Shown piece by piece: positions 36,037 through 46,805 of a DNA stretch of 64,000 bases. Every line of letters starts with the position of its first letter. Within the stretch, counting starts at the first letter, position 1. The position numbers and the translations under genes are program-made. The notes under the pieces were generated by a model. That model was not told where the DNA came from. It saw nothing but the letters and a program-made list of their open reading frames with translations, and made no database searches. The stretch is from Candidatus Pacearchaeota archaeon (GTDB taxonomy: Archaea > Nanobdellota > Nanobdellia > Pacearchaeales > GW2011-AR1): positions 1,779 through 65,778 of the forward strand of contig JAGLOA010000003.1 in the NCBI GenBank assembly GCA_023139205.1, read 5' to 3'.

Positions 36037-38451
36037 ATGGCAAAAAAACCAAAAAAATTCAGAGAAGAAAAAATAGCTGAAAATTATTTTCCAGTTGATA
36101 CAAGTGATTTAAAATATACAACTGAAAAACAAGTAAAAGAATTTACCCCAAATCCAGAAGAAATCTTAAAAAAATCCACAGAAAAAAAAGTCTTAAATTC
36201 TCAACCTAAAGAAGAAATAACAAAAGGGGCAGTTGAAAAAGTTTACAAAAAACCAAGCAGAAGTTCTTTAGAAAAAGTAGAAAAAAGAACTTACAAAAAA
36301 AGAAAATCAAGAAAAACAAATAAAATAGAATATTCTCCCCCAAAGATTAAATTGAAAAAATCAGGTTATGAATTAATAATCACAGAAAAACCTCAGGCTG
36401 CATTAAAAATAGCTAATGCTCTTGGAAAAGCTGTCCAAAAAACAAATGCCAAAGTTCCATATTATGAGGTTGACAGAAATAAAGAAAAAATAATTGTCGC
36501 TTGTGCAGTAGGGCATTTATTTACATTAAAACAAAACACACCCAGTTCAGTATTCCCAACTTTTGACATAAGCTGGATTCCAAATTATCTTGCAAGAAAA
36601 AAAGATTTCACAAAAAGATATTATGATACTTTATTAAAATTAGCAAAAGGTGCTGGAAGTTTAACAGTAGCAACAGATTTTGATGTTGAAGGAGAAGTTA
36701 TTGGATTAAATGTTGTGAGATTTATCTGTAATCAAAAAGATGCAAACAGAATGAAATTTTCAACTTTAACAGAAAAAGAACTAAATAAAGCATATGAAAA
36801 TAAATTAAAAAAGATTGTATGGGGACAGGCAATTGCAGGAGAAACACGGCATTATTTAGATTGGTTTTACGGAATAAACTTATCAAAAGCTTTAATGAAT
36901 GCAATAAAAACAACAGGGAAATTCAGAATAATGTCTATTGGAAGAGTGCAGGGTCCAGCATTAAATATGATTGTAAAAAAAGAAAGAGAAATCCAAAAAT
37001 TTGAATCTGTTCCTTACTGGCAAATCTTCATAACAGTAAAAAATTCTCATATTCTAGAATTAAAGCATAATAAAGACATCTTAGGCCCTGAAAGGGTCAT
37101 GAACGGAATTGATAAGTTAGAAAAATTTGAAAATCTAGACGGAAAAACCGCTCAGGCAAAAACAAAAAAAACAGAGCAAATTTTACCTCCTCATCCTCCA
37201 TTTAATTTAACTACTCTTCAAATAGAAGCATACAAATTCCACGGAATAACTCCTTCAAAAACATTGAGAGCAGCACAATCACTTTATCTCGCAGGATTAA
37301 TCTCATATCCAAGAACTTCTTCTCAAAAATTACCAAAAGAAATAAACTACAAAGAAATTTTAGATAAATTAAAAATAAGATATAAAGTCAGCAAATTAAT
37401 AACTAAAAAAGAACCAATTGAAGGGAAAAAATCAGATCCTGCACATCCTTCAATTTATCCTACAGGAAACAAACAAATATTATCTGGAGACGAAGAAAAA
37501 ATCTATAATTTAGTTGTGAAAAGGTTTCTTTCTCTTTTTTGCGATGATGCAATTATTGATAAAAAAACAATTACTGCAACAATTGATAATTTAATATTTA
37601 GTACAAGAGGTTCTGCAGTAAGAAAAAAAGCATGGATGGAAATCTATCCAAGTAAATTAAAAGAAAATCAAATTCCAGATTTAGAAGGAGAAGTAAAAAT
37701 TATAAAAACAAAAATAGAAGAAAAAGAAACCCAACCCCCTAAAAGATATTCTCCAGCTTCTATACTTTCTGAACTTGAAAAAAGAAATCTTGGAACAAAA
37801 GCAACAAGGTCCTCAATATTAGAAACATTATATGATAGAGGGTACATAAGAGACCAAAGTGTAAAAGCAACCCCTCTAGGAATGGCTTTAATTGAAAGTT
37901 TAGAAAAACATTCTCCAATAATTATTGATGAATCATTAACAAGAAGTTTTGAGGCTTCAATGGATTCTATTAAAGAAGCTAAAAAAGATTTCGAGAAAAA
38001 AGAAGAAAAAATAATTTCAAAGGCAAAAAAAGCAATAACAGATATTGCGAAAGACTTTAAAAAAAATGAAAAAGAAATTGGGAAAGAACTTCTAAAAGCA
38101 AATGTAGAATTTAGAGAACAGCAAAAAATAGAGAATAAATTAATACAATGTCCTGTTTGTAAAAAAGGAAACTTAGCGATAACTTACTCTAAAAAAACAA
38201 GGAGATTTTTTATTGCATGTGATGCTTATCCAAATTGTAAAACAACTTTTTCTCTTCCTCCAAACGGGCAGATTAAAAAAACAGAAAAAATTTGTGAAGA
38301 ATGTAATTATCCGATGTTAATGAGATTAATGAAAGGCAGAAGACCTTGGATTTTTTGTTGGAATCCAAAATGCCCTACAAACGCAGAATGGGCGAACAAG
38401 TCTGCGAAATATAATCCCGAAGGTAAATCAGAAAAATCTGAGCAGGCTTGA
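36037..38451 (+). CDS. topA: DNA topoisomerase I (type IA) with an N-terminal K-rich extension and C-terminal zinc ribbons
   Basis: Toprim ELIITEKP..DFDVEGE, catalytic region SYPRTSS, C-terminal C4 ribbons CPVC..C..C and CEEC..C..C. Confidence 0.85.
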   Translation: MAKKPKKFREEKIAENYFPVDTSDLKYTTEKQVKEFTPNPEEILKKSTEKKVLNSQPKEEITKGAVEKVYKKPSRSSLEKVEKRTYKKRKSRKTNKIEYSPPKIKLKKSGYELIITEKPQAALKIANALGKAVQKTNAKVPYYEVDRNKEKIIVACAVGHLFTLKQNTPSSVFPTFDISWIPNYLARKKDFTKRYYDTLLKLAKGAGSLTVATDFDVEGEVIGLNVVRFICNQKDANRMKFSTLTEKELNKAYENKLKKIVWGQAIAGETRHYLDWFYGINLSKALMNAIKTTGKFRIMSIGRVQGPALNMIVKKEREIQKFESVPYWQIFITVKNSHILELKHNKDILGPERVMNGIDKLEKFENLDGKTAQAKTKKTEQILPPHPPFNLTTLQIEAYKFHGITPSKTLRAAQSLYLAGLISYPRTSSQKLPKEINYKEILDKLKIRYKVSKLITKKEPIEGKKSDPAHPSIYPTGNKQILSGDEEKIYNLVVKRFLSLFCDDAIIDKKTITATIDNLIFSTRGSAVRKKAWMEIYPSKLKENQIPDLEGEVKIIKTKIEEKETQPPKRYSPASILSELEKRNLGTKATRSSILETLYDRGYIRDQSVKATPLGMALIESLEKHSPIIIDESLTRSFEASMDSIKEAKKDFEKKEEKIISKAKKAITDIAKDFKKNEKEIGKELLKANVEFREQQKIENKLIQCPVCKKGNLAITYSKKTRRFFIACDAYPNCKTTFSLPPNGQIKKTEKICEECNYPMLMRLMKGRRPWIFCWNPKCPTNAEWANKSAKYNPEGKSEKSEQA

Positions 38452-38487
38452 GAGTAAAAAGAGGGAAGAAAAATCTGATTTAAAAAT

Positions 38488-39111
38488 TCACTTTCTTTTT
38501 CTTTTAATTCTCACATGCGGACCATCTCTTCTTCTAAATTTTAAATTCTTTCCTAAAAACAAAAGCATAAAAGTTCCTATTAAAGAAAGCACCCCACTAA
38601 CTACAAAAAGAGGAGAAAAACCAAAACTATCTACAACAAAACCAGCTATAAAACTAGCACCAGCCAGACCAAATCCAACTAATGAAATTTCAATCCCCCA
38701 TTCAAAATTTTCATGACAATGATCAAGATGTCTTGAAAAAAACCCATACCAGGGAGTAAATGCAAAAGCGCCAGCTAAACCAATTAAAAACTGAATCCCA
38801 TAAACATGAATTGGCAGTCTGGCAAACAAATAAAGAAAATAAGCCAGACTAAAAATAAAAAACCCTATCACCATTGAATAAAAATCATCAAGCTCACCTT
38901 TTTTCTTATCTAAAAAATAAGCAATAGGAACACGGAAAGTTGACTTCGTTAACCAAAGAATCGCCATTGCAATTCCAACAACTTTCGCATTTCCCCCTTC
39001 AATTGACTGAACTAAAAAAATAGCAAAAACCGGATTAATAAATCCCATAGCAGTATTAAATAATAAATCAGCTCCAATTAAATTTCTAATCACCTTATTT
39101 ACATTAACCAT
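38488..39111 (-). CDS. MFS-type transporter, half-size (6 TM), possibly truncated
   Basis: Hydrophobicity pattern only. Confidence 0.4.
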   Translation of the reverse strand: MVNVNKVIRNLIGADLLFNTAMGFINPVFAIFLVQSIEGGNAKVVGIAMAILWLTKSTFRVPIAYFLDKKKGELDDFYSMVIGFFIFSLAYFLYLFARLPIHVYGIQFLIGLAGAFAFTPWYGFFSRHLDHCHENFEWGIEISLVGFGLAGASFIAGFVVDSFGFSPLFVVSGVLSLIGTFMLLFLGKNLKFRRRDGPHVRIKRKRK

Positions 39112-39146
39112 AAATCATTCTGGGAAAAAACATTTATTAATCTTAT

Positions 39147-40394
39147 CTAAAACCATTCAACTAAATTCTTCTGAGTCTTAATTTGATTTAATAATTTACT
39201 TTTTTTAATAATTTCAGAACAATCAAAATTATATTTTATTTTTCCAATTTTCTTAGCACTTTCAATAAGCTCTTCTCTACTATTAAAAATCATTTTCTTT
39301 TCTAAAGCTTTTCTTACAGATTCACGAACAACCCAAACACCTAACGAAGCCCAATAAGAAGGAGTTTCAATCCTAATTACCAAAACACTTGCTTGTTTTT
39401 TTATTGATTCCAAATATTCTAAAATTGGGAGCCGTGTAGCATAATAACCTCCTGCAGTAGCAAAAGCATAATTTTTTCTTCCAAAATAATTTTCAGAATC
39501 TGTTGACGCTTTAAGCTCTAAAGAAGGATTCCATGAACTTCCAGGAAGATATAACTCAAAAAGTTCATAACTCCAAACATTTGGGAAAAGCATTATCAAA
39601 TAACAATTACCCATAAACTCTTCAAAAAACAATTCATAATTCTCAATCCATTTATAATCTCTAATTTTTTCCAAAAGATTTCTTGCCAAAATATCATCAG
39701 TTGCAGTAATACTCCAACGAGTCGGAACAAATTTTTTATTTTTCTTTAAACCCAAAACACCAACACTCAAAATCTTGCTCAAAGTATATTCATTAAAATT
39801 ATTTTTATATAACAACCCAACACCCTCTGAAGCCTTAATTTCATCATTCATAACATTCTCAACTTTTTGATGAATTTTCACATTGCTTGTAATCTTCGCC
39901 TTTTTTAATCCAGCCCTCATTCCATGAGGAGCCAAAACTCGGTCTTTATTTTTATCAAACCTCATTTTATTTTTCAATTCAATTTCAATATCCACTGGTT
40001 TACAGGCAATTGCAATTTCCTGAGAAATCTGAACAAACTTTTTATTTAATCTGGAATCAGTAACTTTACTCTGAAACCTGGAATTCAATAAACTACTTCT
40101 TAATTTAATTACATCATTAATCTGAAAATTATTCTCTGCCCAATATTTAGCATCATCATAAACCCAGGCATTTTCTTCTTTTTCCAAAGGAGACAAAATA
40201 CCAATATTCACTAAAGGATATTTTAATTTAGAGCCAATAAAAACACTTGGAGGAGAAATACTCTCAAACTTTGAAACACTTTTCAAATCTTTATATTTAA
40301 AATTAGTATCAGCTACTTTCCTAACTATCTCAAACTTAATATTTTCAGACATACAAAATAAAATAATAAGAAGTTTATATTTTTTTATAAACAA
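39147..40394 (-). CDS. Nre-family PCNA-associated DNA repair protein
   Basis: TRWSITATDD motif and a C-terminal PIP box QKNLVEWF. Confidence 0.5.
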   Translation of the reverse strand: MFIKKYKLLIILFCMSENIKFEIVRKVADTNFKYKDLKSVSKFESISPPSVFIGSKLKYPLVNIGILSPLEKEENAWVYDDAKYWAENNFQINDVIKLRSSLLNSRFQSKVTDSRLNKKFVQISQEIAIACKPVDIEIELKNKMRFDKNKDRVLAPHGMRAGLKKAKITSNVKIHQKVENVMNDEIKASEGVGLLYKNNFNEYTLSKILSVGVLGLKKNKKFVPTRWSITATDDILARNLLEKIRDYKWIENYELFFEEFMGNCYLIMLFPNVWSYELFELYLPGSSWNPSLELKASTDSENYFGRKNYAFATAGGYYATRLPILEYLESIKKQASVLVIRIETPSYWASLGVWVVRESVRKALEKKMIFNSREELIESAKKIGKIKYNFDCSEIIKKSKLLNQIKTQKNLVEWF

Positions 40395-40423
40395 AACAAA
40401 TATTTAAAAAGAAAAATCAAATT

Positions 40424-40786
40424 TTACTGATCACTATGGGTTAAAAAATTAGGATCTCCAACAATCTTACGCTTATGAATTCCAAAACTTTCTCTACTCA
40501 AAGCATTAAACCTATCCAAATCTTCCCAATCCATATTACAAATAGAAAATTTTCTTACAACATAACTATTTTTTTCAGGAATAAACTTAAGTTTTGTTAA
40601 TCTTTGATAACTTTCAAGATTTGCATCAATTATTTTATTAACTTTTTTCCTATATTTCTTTTCAAGAGAAATTTTATTATAAACCCTACTTTGCAAATAT
40701 TCTTTAGTAAAACTAAAACCAATATTATTCAATAAGTTATCAAATTCTTTTTCAACAACTTCATTTAATCTTCTTAATCTCATCAT
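40424..40786 (-). CDS. hypothetical protein
   Basis: 120-aa ORF overlapping the upstream ORF by 4 nt. Confidence 0.3.
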   Translation of the reverse strand: MMRLRRLNEVVEKEFDNLLNNIGFSFTKEYLQSRVYNKISLEKKYRKKVNKIIDANLESYQRLTKLKFIPEKNSYVVRKFSICNMDWEDLDRFNALSRESFGIHKRKIVGDPNFLTHSDQ

Positions 40787-41298
40787 GTCCTTAGCTTTAA
40801 CCTATTCCCATAAATTTCATATTTTAATTGCCTTTTTCGTGCAAGATAAATATTCATAGGTTCATGATTTCCCCCGAAAAGTAAGCCATTTTTATTAGAA
40901 ATCTCTTTACTAGCATCACTCAAAGGATTATAAATTGAATCAAATACAAGATACCATTCTTTACCTTTTTTAGTAGAACAAAAATAATCTCTTGCTACTT
41001 TTTTAAAAGAATCATCTTCAATCAAACAATTTAAATTCTTTATGGAAGAACAATATTTCTGGCTTGTTTTTTCAAGTTTATTAATTTCATCAGAAGAATG
41101 AAAACCCATTTCAATCAAATCTTTTTTTTGTTCTTCAGATAAATAACATTCAACTGCTTTGCCTGGAAAAATCTTCCTTAGTTTTTTAACATTCCCAGAA
41201 GAAATTTTAAGATGTCTCGAAATTATTTTATTCTCTTTTCTTTCATTTAAATAAGATTTATCTTTCTTCTTTGTTGGATTAATAAAAGATACACTCAT
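40783..41298 (-). CDS. hypothetical protein
   Basis: 171-aa ORF. Confidence 0.3.
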   Translation of the reverse strand: MSVSFINPTKKKDKSYLNERKENKIISRHLKISSGNVKKLRKIFPGKAVECYLSEEQKKDLIEMGFHSSDEINKLEKTSQKYCSSIKNLNCLIEDDSFKKVARDYFCSTKKGKEWYLVFDSIYNPLSDASKEISNKNGLLFGGNHEPMNIYLARKRQLKYEIYGNRLKLRT

Positions 41299-41384
41299 AA
41301 TAAATAAAATCTACCACAATTCTTAAAGATTGTTGTAATTTTTACCATATAAATCTTTAAAAAAAGCTTCTTATTAAAAAAATA

Positions 41385-41717
41385 ATGAAAACATTAAAAA
41401 TAGAAGGCTATGAACAAATATCTGAGAGCCAATACAACGACCTTCCAGAAAATGAAAGATTAAAAACTCTCAAAGATAATGAAACTGAAATTTATTATTT
41501 CAGGGAAACAGGAAAATTAGAAGAAGATTTAATGGACTTTGAAAATGAAAAAATGGCTATTAAAATTCATGGAGATGGACTTAAAATAATTAATAAAACA
41601 AAAAAAGACTTATTTTTAGGTTATAAAAACAATTTCGGATTCCTTGTTAAAGCTATTGAAAAAGCGAAAGTATTTGCAGAAAAATATCAAAAGGGGCTAA
41701 GAGAAAAATTAAAATAA
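41385..41717 (+). CDS. hypothetical protein
   Basis: 110-aa ORF. Confidence 0.3.
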   Translation: MKTLKIEGYEQISESQYNDLPENERLKTLKDNETEIYYFRETGKLEEDLMDFENEKMAIKIHGDGLKIINKTKKDLFLGYKNNFGFLVKAIEKAKVFAEKYQKGLREKLK

Positions 41718-41836
41718 ACCACAACAAGGAAATAAATTCTCTTCTTTCAAAAAAATCAGAAAAAGAATTAATAGAATATATAAAAAAATCAGAAGATGAA
41801 TTAATAAAAGAACTAAAAAAAGAGAGTAAAAAAATT

Positions 41837-42328
41837 ATGCCAAAAAATAAACAATCAAGATTAAAAGATATCTTTGAAGAATCAATAAAAGAACATTGTA
41901 AAAAACCCTCTTCTGAACCAAAATCTTATGAAGAATTAATAAAACCTATTTATGGGGTTGTTAAAGATATTAAAGGATATAATTACAATCCTTTTAATGA
42001 AACAAGATTTGGGGAGAAATCTAATATTCATAACTCTGGTTATAGAGCAACTTTAGAAATTATGCTTGAAAATGATTCTTTAACAAAAAAATTAATCTTC
42101 AATGGAGGAAATTGCCAGATTGGGGAAGGAGACAAAATTAAAGCCTATGTATTTGCAGGAGAAACAAGAATAATAGGAATCTCGAACTTCAAACATAGTA
42201 ATTATAAAAAAGAAATTTTTATACCAAGAAAACTTGATAAAGAAGAAATTGCACTTTATATTGAAAAAATAAAAGAGGGTAAAGCAAAAGAAACATATTA
42301 TAGTGTAAACTACTCTCCAAAAAAATAA
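41837..42328 (+). CDS. hypothetical protein
   Basis: 163-aa ORF. Confidence 0.3.
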   Translation: MPKNKQSRLKDIFEESIKEHCKKPSSEPKSYEELIKPIYGVVKDIKGYNYNPFNETRFGEKSNIHNSGYRATLEIMLENDSLTKKLIFNGGNCQIGEGDKIKAYVFAGETRIIGISNFKHSNYKKEIFIPRKLDKEEIALYIEKIKEGKAKETYYSVNYSPKK

Positions 42329-42330
42329 TT

Positions 42331-43059
42331 CTAAATCCAACGCTTTTTGAAAACACCTTCATTCTTAATTTCAAAACTCATTTCTTTTTGAGGCAAACTC
42401 CTGTGCTTTAACAAAACAGCTTTTCTCTTCCCTCGATTATTTTTTAACTCAATAATACATTTACTCCAATACTTAAACAAATCTCCTCCAACAATATTTG
42501 TAGATTTCTCAACACCATTTTTCAAATCTCTCTCAGATAAAAACTCTGTATAAACCTGATTAGTAATCAAAATAGGGATTTGTTTTTTTCTGGAAATTTC
42601 TGCAAGTATCCTCATTTGCCTGGCAATTTCTCTATTTACTTCCTGAATTTTTGCTTTCTCTTTTTCTTTAACTGCCTCTCCCAACTCCAACCTATAAAGC
42701 ATAGCCATTCCATCAATAACAATCAAACTAACATGACCAGACCTTATTTTATTTAATAATTTCAAAAAAGATTTTTTCTGCTCATCAAAATTTGTAGGTT
42801 CTAATAAAAAAATATTCTCTAAAACTTTTTCATAATCTTCTCCGACAATTTGTTTAACCCTCTCTACAGAAAACCCCCCTTCTGTATCAATAAAAATAAT
42901 TTTATTCTCTTTTTTTGCCTGACTGCAACAAGCTAAAACACTCAAATTAGTTTTTCCACTTCCAGGAGACCCGGCAATCATTGTTATAATTCCTTTCTCA
43001 TATCCTCCATCCAGCCACTTATTCAAATCAAAACTACCTGTTGAAATTTTATTTACCAT
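42331..43059 (-). CDS. radB: RadB/KaiC-like RecA-superfamily ATPase
   Basis: Walker A GSPGSGKT and Walker B LIVIDG. Confidence 0.7.
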   Translation of the reverse strand: MVNKISTGSFDLNKWLDGGYEKGIITMIAGSPGSGKTNLSVLACCSQAKKENKIIFIDTEGGFSVERVKQIVGEDYEKVLENIFLLEPTNFDEQKKSFLKLLNKIRSGHVSLIVIDGMAMLYRLELGEAVKEKEKAKIQEVNREIARQMRILAEISRKKQIPILITNQVYTEFLSERDLKNGVEKSTNIVGGDLFKYWSKCIIELKNNRGKRKAVLLKHRSLPQKEMSFEIKNEGVFKKRWI

Positions 43060-43433
43060 AAATATCCTTCTTCTCTGAGAGAAATTATTATTTTTTCAGT
43101 TATCTCTGAAAGAAGATATTTATCAAAATTCTTAACAAATTCAGCCTTTTTTATTTCAGAGGGGGGTTTTCCTAGATTTCCATTTAATTTTCCAAAATAA
43201 ATCCTTGCTTCTAAATAAGATTTACTATGTGGGGTCATACCCGTGAAAGAATTATAATAATTACCGATAAAAACCTTTGTTCCTGAAAGCTCCTCTTTAA
43301 ATTCCCTGTGCAAACAATCTATATCAGACTCTTCTCCTTCAGGTTTTCCCCCTGGAAGAATCCATATTTTTCTTTTTTTAACTAATAAAATTCCTTCATC
43401 ATTAATTACTGCCAAATTAATTGCTTTTCTCAT
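43053..43433 (-). CDS. NUDIX hydrolase
   Basis: Nudix box GGKPEGEESDIDCLHREFKEELSG. Confidence 0.7.
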   Translation of the reverse strand: MRKAINLAVINDEGILLVKKRKIWILPGGKPEGEESDIDCLHREFKEELSGTKVFIGNYYNSFTGMTPHSKSYLEARIYFGKLNGNLGKPPSEIKKAEFVKNFDKYLLSEITEKIIISLREEGYLW

Positions 43434-43472
43434 ATTAAAATAAACTTTTTAGAATTAATAAGTATTATTATA

Positions 43473-43736
43473 TTACTTCAAATTCTTAAAATCAGATTCC
43501 AAATTATCTAACTCTTTTGTTATAGAACTAATAGCATCATTTATTGCTTTTTTTGCTGTCTTGCCTTTTGTTTTTACTAAAAGAATTGGTTTTTCAGTAG
43601 GATGTTTTCTTTTCCATGCTGCAAATGTAACTGAAGAATCCTTATTAAGATAAACCTTAAGAATCTCTACAATTGTCAAACTTTCAAATTCAACTTCAAT
43701 TTCATCTTTTGAATTTTTAAGAATATTAAGTTCCAT
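43473..43736 (-). CDS. rpoL: DNA-directed RNA polymerase subunit L
   Basis: RpoL/Rpb11-like 87-aa protein with TFAAWKRKHP. Confidence 0.6.
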   Translation of the reverse strand: MELNILKNSKDEIEVEFESLTIVEILKVYLNKDSSVTFAAWKRKHPTEKPILLVKTKGKTAKKAINDAISSITKELDNLESDFKNLK

Positions 43737-43758
43737 AATAAAAAATCTCTAACTCTAT

Positions 43759-44166
43759 TTATAAAACTTCTGTTTTTTCAATTAAAGTCGCCAAATCTTT
43801 TTCCAAATCTTTCTCCAGTTTTATAATCCCTTCTTCATTTGAAACTATTTTATTTACTAAAAAATCGGGTATATCTACAGCTCCAAAATATTCAACATCT
43901 TCTACTCTTCTTTTTGAAATAACTTCTTCACCTTCTTTTATTGCCCAATCTCCTATTGAAAAAAAATCAAATCTTTTTTCTTTATCAAAACCATAACCTA
44001 ATAACGCTTTTCCCTCAAAATAAAGTCTATTTTGCTTATTTTTCAATCCAGGAACAAAGGCGAGATCTCCCTCACTTACCAAAATAGAATATTTATGAAC
44101 TTTCATCTTTTCCCTCTTCCTCAAAATCTTCTCTAAAAAATTCATCTGATTTTTTGAATATTTCAT
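43759..44166 (-). CDS. hypothetical protein
   Basis: 135-aa ORF. Confidence 0.3.
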   Translation of the reverse strand: MKYSKNQMNFLEKILRKREKMKVHKYSILVSEGDLAFVPGLKNKQNRLYFEGKALLGYGFDKEKRFDFFSIGDWAIKEGEEVISKRRVEDVEYFGAVDIPDFLVNKIVSNEEGIIKLEKDLEKDLATLIEKTEVL

Positions 44167-44875
44167 TCTCTTTTTTTTCTTTCATTTCCTTTAAATCAGA
44201 AATAGTCAGCATTTTAGCATTTACTGGATTAAAACCAAGTCCTTCTTCAAAATCTTTTTTAACAGGTTCAACTTGCTCTTCAAACGAGGAAGTTTGCTTC
44301 TGCTCCTTAAAAATCCTGATTCCTAAATAATTTTCTAATTTTCCAATAATTCTAAATCCATTTTTAGGGATAACCCCTCTTTCAAGAACATTAATAGCCC
44401 CAACAGGCTCTAAAATGTTTTCTGCCAAATCTTCAGCAGTCAAATGCTTCATTCTCCTCGCTCTCATAATAACCCAATGAAAATTATGAATCAAATCAGA
44501 AGTGTCCTGAGAAACCTCCTGCAAATTAAAATTTTCATCTACAACTTTCTTTAATTCACAATCTTGTTTACCCAAATATTCCTTTTTCTTCTCTAAAGCA
44601 AGATCTCTTTCATACTCCTCCATATTAATCCCAGAAAGCTTAACAAGCCTGTCATAAATTACAGACCTTTTTGGTTGTCTAGAAGGATTTAAATTAGAAA
44701 CAATCTCTCTCATTTTCTCTTCTTCCTTTTCTTTAGCTGGACGTTGTTTTAAAAAAGGGTAACCCTCCTCCAAAGCACATTCTTTACAAATCCTGACAAT
44801 TCCTTCTTTAGAAATCACTTCAAATAACTTCCTCTCCTTCCCAGAAACCCCGCATTTAAAACACTCTTCAAACAT
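44093..44875 (-). CDS. zinc-ribbon plus HTH (MBF1/XRE-like) protein
   Basis: CFKCG..C..C at the N-terminus and an HTH-like segment TAEDLAENILEPVGAINVLERG. Confidence 0.4.
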   Translation of the reverse strand: MFEECFKCGVSGKERKLFEVISKEGIVRICKECALEEGYPFLKQRPAKEKEEEKMREIVSNLNPSRQPKRSVIYDRLVKLSGINMEEYERDLALEKKKEYLGKQDCELKKVVDENFNLQEVSQDTSDLIHNFHWVIMRARRMKHLTAEDLAENILEPVGAINVLERGVIPKNGFRIIGKLENYLGIRIFKEQKQTSSFEEQVEPVKKDFEEGLGFNPVNAKMLTISDLKEMKEKKENEIFKKSDEFFREDFEEEGKDESS

Positions 44876-44925
44876 AAATAAGAAAACCCCTAATCTTTTT
44901 TAACTATTTGTATAATACAAAAATA

Positions 44926-45579
44926 TCAATTCAAATGCTTCTCAATATCCTCAATAGTCTCTAAATCAGTTATTTTAACAGATTCGTCAATTAAAATAGT
45001 TGGAAATTCTTTTACATTATATTTATCCAAAAGCAGATTAATTGAAGAAATCTCATTATCTGCTGCGATAGGGATCAGCATGATCTTGTTTCCCTTTTCT
45101 TCTTTTAATTCAGATAACAATTTTGAGAAAAATCTCTGCTTAGATTTTTGTTCAATTGACGGACCATCATACTTATAAAAATAAACAAGATTATGGTAGT
45201 CAGAATTACACTTTTCTTTTATCCTGATACTATTAATCCAAAATAAAGTTCTCAAAAGATCATACCTCTTATGTTGAAAAATTATTCCCTGATTAATTTT
45301 ATTTGCATCTTCATATCTTTGAATAAGTAAAGCCTCTTCAAAAATTTTATCTGCAAATTTTATATTTTCCTCAACTAAAATATCACAATCAAAATCAATA
45401 ATTTCTAATGCATCTTTTTGTATTCTTTGATCAAGAAGCTCCATTTCAGCTTCTAAATACAATTTATTCACCTTATCGATTCTTGAAGATTCAAGCATAT
45501 AACCCATAAAAATCCCAATATTAAAAACAACAAAAGTTAATATTAATGCATATAAAAAAAAATATTTCTGGTTAACCAT
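44926..45579 (-). CDS. membrane-anchored hypothetical protein
   Basis: N-terminal TM helix; 217 aa. Confidence 0.35.
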   Translation of the reverse strand: MVNQKYFFLYALILTFVVFNIGIFMGYMLESSRIDKVNKLYLEAEMELLDQRIQKDALEIIDFDCDILVEENIKFADKIFEEALLIQRYEDANKINQGIIFQHKRYDLLRTLFWINSIRIKEKCNSDYHNLVYFYKYDGPSIEQKSKQRFFSKLLSELKEEKGNKIMLIPIAADNEISSINLLLDKYNVKEFPTILIDESVKITDLETIEDIEKHLN

Positions 45580-45580
45580 T

Positions 45581-46804
45581 TTATCTCCACTGATAGTTTC
45601 TTTTAATAAATTTGTATATTGCAGTTATCAAAATAGGAGCATACATTATAAGATAAACAAATGAGTAAAAAAGAAGATTAAAAATATTCTGCTTCTTCAG
45701 TATTTTTTCTTTCATAATAGATAAAACTAAAATAGTGAAAGTAAATCCAAGGATAAATAAAATAAGTCCCAAATAATTAAGAAAGCTGGGAGTAATATAA
45801 AGGTCATTCATGGTTATAAGAGGGGTTCCTATTTGAATAGAATATTTAGCGAAAATATAATCTCCCAAAATTCTGGTTGTAATTAAATAAACAAATAAAC
45901 TCAGCCCAAGCAATCCTAAAAACAATTGAATCACAAAAAAAGGCAATATAAAAAGACCGAGCATACCTTTTCTTAAAAAAGACTTTTTATATTTTGAAAT
46001 ACATTGCAATCCCCCAACAGTCCATCTTATTCTTTGCTTATACCAAGGTTTAACTTTGTCTGGGACAATTGTCGTTGCATTAGTAGACAAACACATTCTT
46101 ACTTTATAACCTGCATGAATCAAATGCCACGCAATTTCAATATCCTCAGTCATATTTGTTGTATCAAAACCGCCAATTTCTTTTAATAAAGATTTTCTGT
46201 ACATCGCCAAAGGCCCAGGAGTAACATAAATTCCATCAACATAACCAAGAAGTTTTCTTGTAAAAGCAATTACATTATATTCAATTACCTGCAACTTCTC
46301 AAAAAATTTATTTCTGTTTCTCGGAACAAAAACACAAGTAGCAGCCCCAACTTTCTCATCATCAAAAAAACCAACCAATTTCTTAAAAGAATCTTTAGCA
46401 GGATAACTATCTGCATCCACCACAACCACCAATTCCCCTTTAGCCATTTCAACTCCCTGATTCAAAGAATCTCCTTTTCCAGAATTTTTTTTATTCACCA
46501 ACTTCAACTTAGGATATTTTTTCAACAAACTTTCAACAATTTTTTGAGTATCGTCTGTAGAACCATCATTTAAAACAATTAACTCTCTTATAGGGTATTC
46601 TATGTCAAAAACAGCTTCAATTGTACCCTTAATAGTGCTCTCCTCATTAAATGCAGGAACCAAAACAGAAATAGAATATTCTTTTTTAGTTTTTGGAAAA
46701 TCCCATAATCTCTTTTTGTTCCAAATAAATAATAATAAAAATAAAAAAAGAAAATAAATCGAAAGAAACATAAATCCAAGATAGATTATTGAAAGAATTT
46801 CCAT
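45581..46804 (-). CDS. processive family-2 glycosyltransferase (membrane; synthase-like)
   Basis: DGSTDDT, DAD, and QRIRW (QxxRW) motifs plus multiple TM helices. Confidence 0.7.
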   Translation of the reverse strand: MEILSIIYLGFMFLSIYFLFLFLLLFIWNKKRLWDFPKTKKEYSISVLVPAFNEESTIKGTIEAVFDIEYPIRELIVLNDGSTDDTQKIVESLLKKYPKLKLVNKKNSGKGDSLNQGVEMAKGELVVVVDADSYPAKDSFKKLVGFFDDEKVGAATCVFVPRNRNKFFEKLQVIEYNVIAFTRKLLGYVDGIYVTPGPLAMYRKSLLKEIGGFDTTNMTEDIEIAWHLIHAGYKVRMCLSTNATTIVPDKVKPWYKQRIRWTVGGLQCISKYKKSFLRKGMLGLFILPFFVIQLFLGLLGLSLFVYLITTRILGDYIFAKYSIQIGTPLITMNDLYITPSFLNYLGLILFILGFTFTILVLSIMKEKILKKQNIFNLLFYSFVYLIMYAPILITAIYKFIKRNYQWR

Positions 46805-46805
46805 A

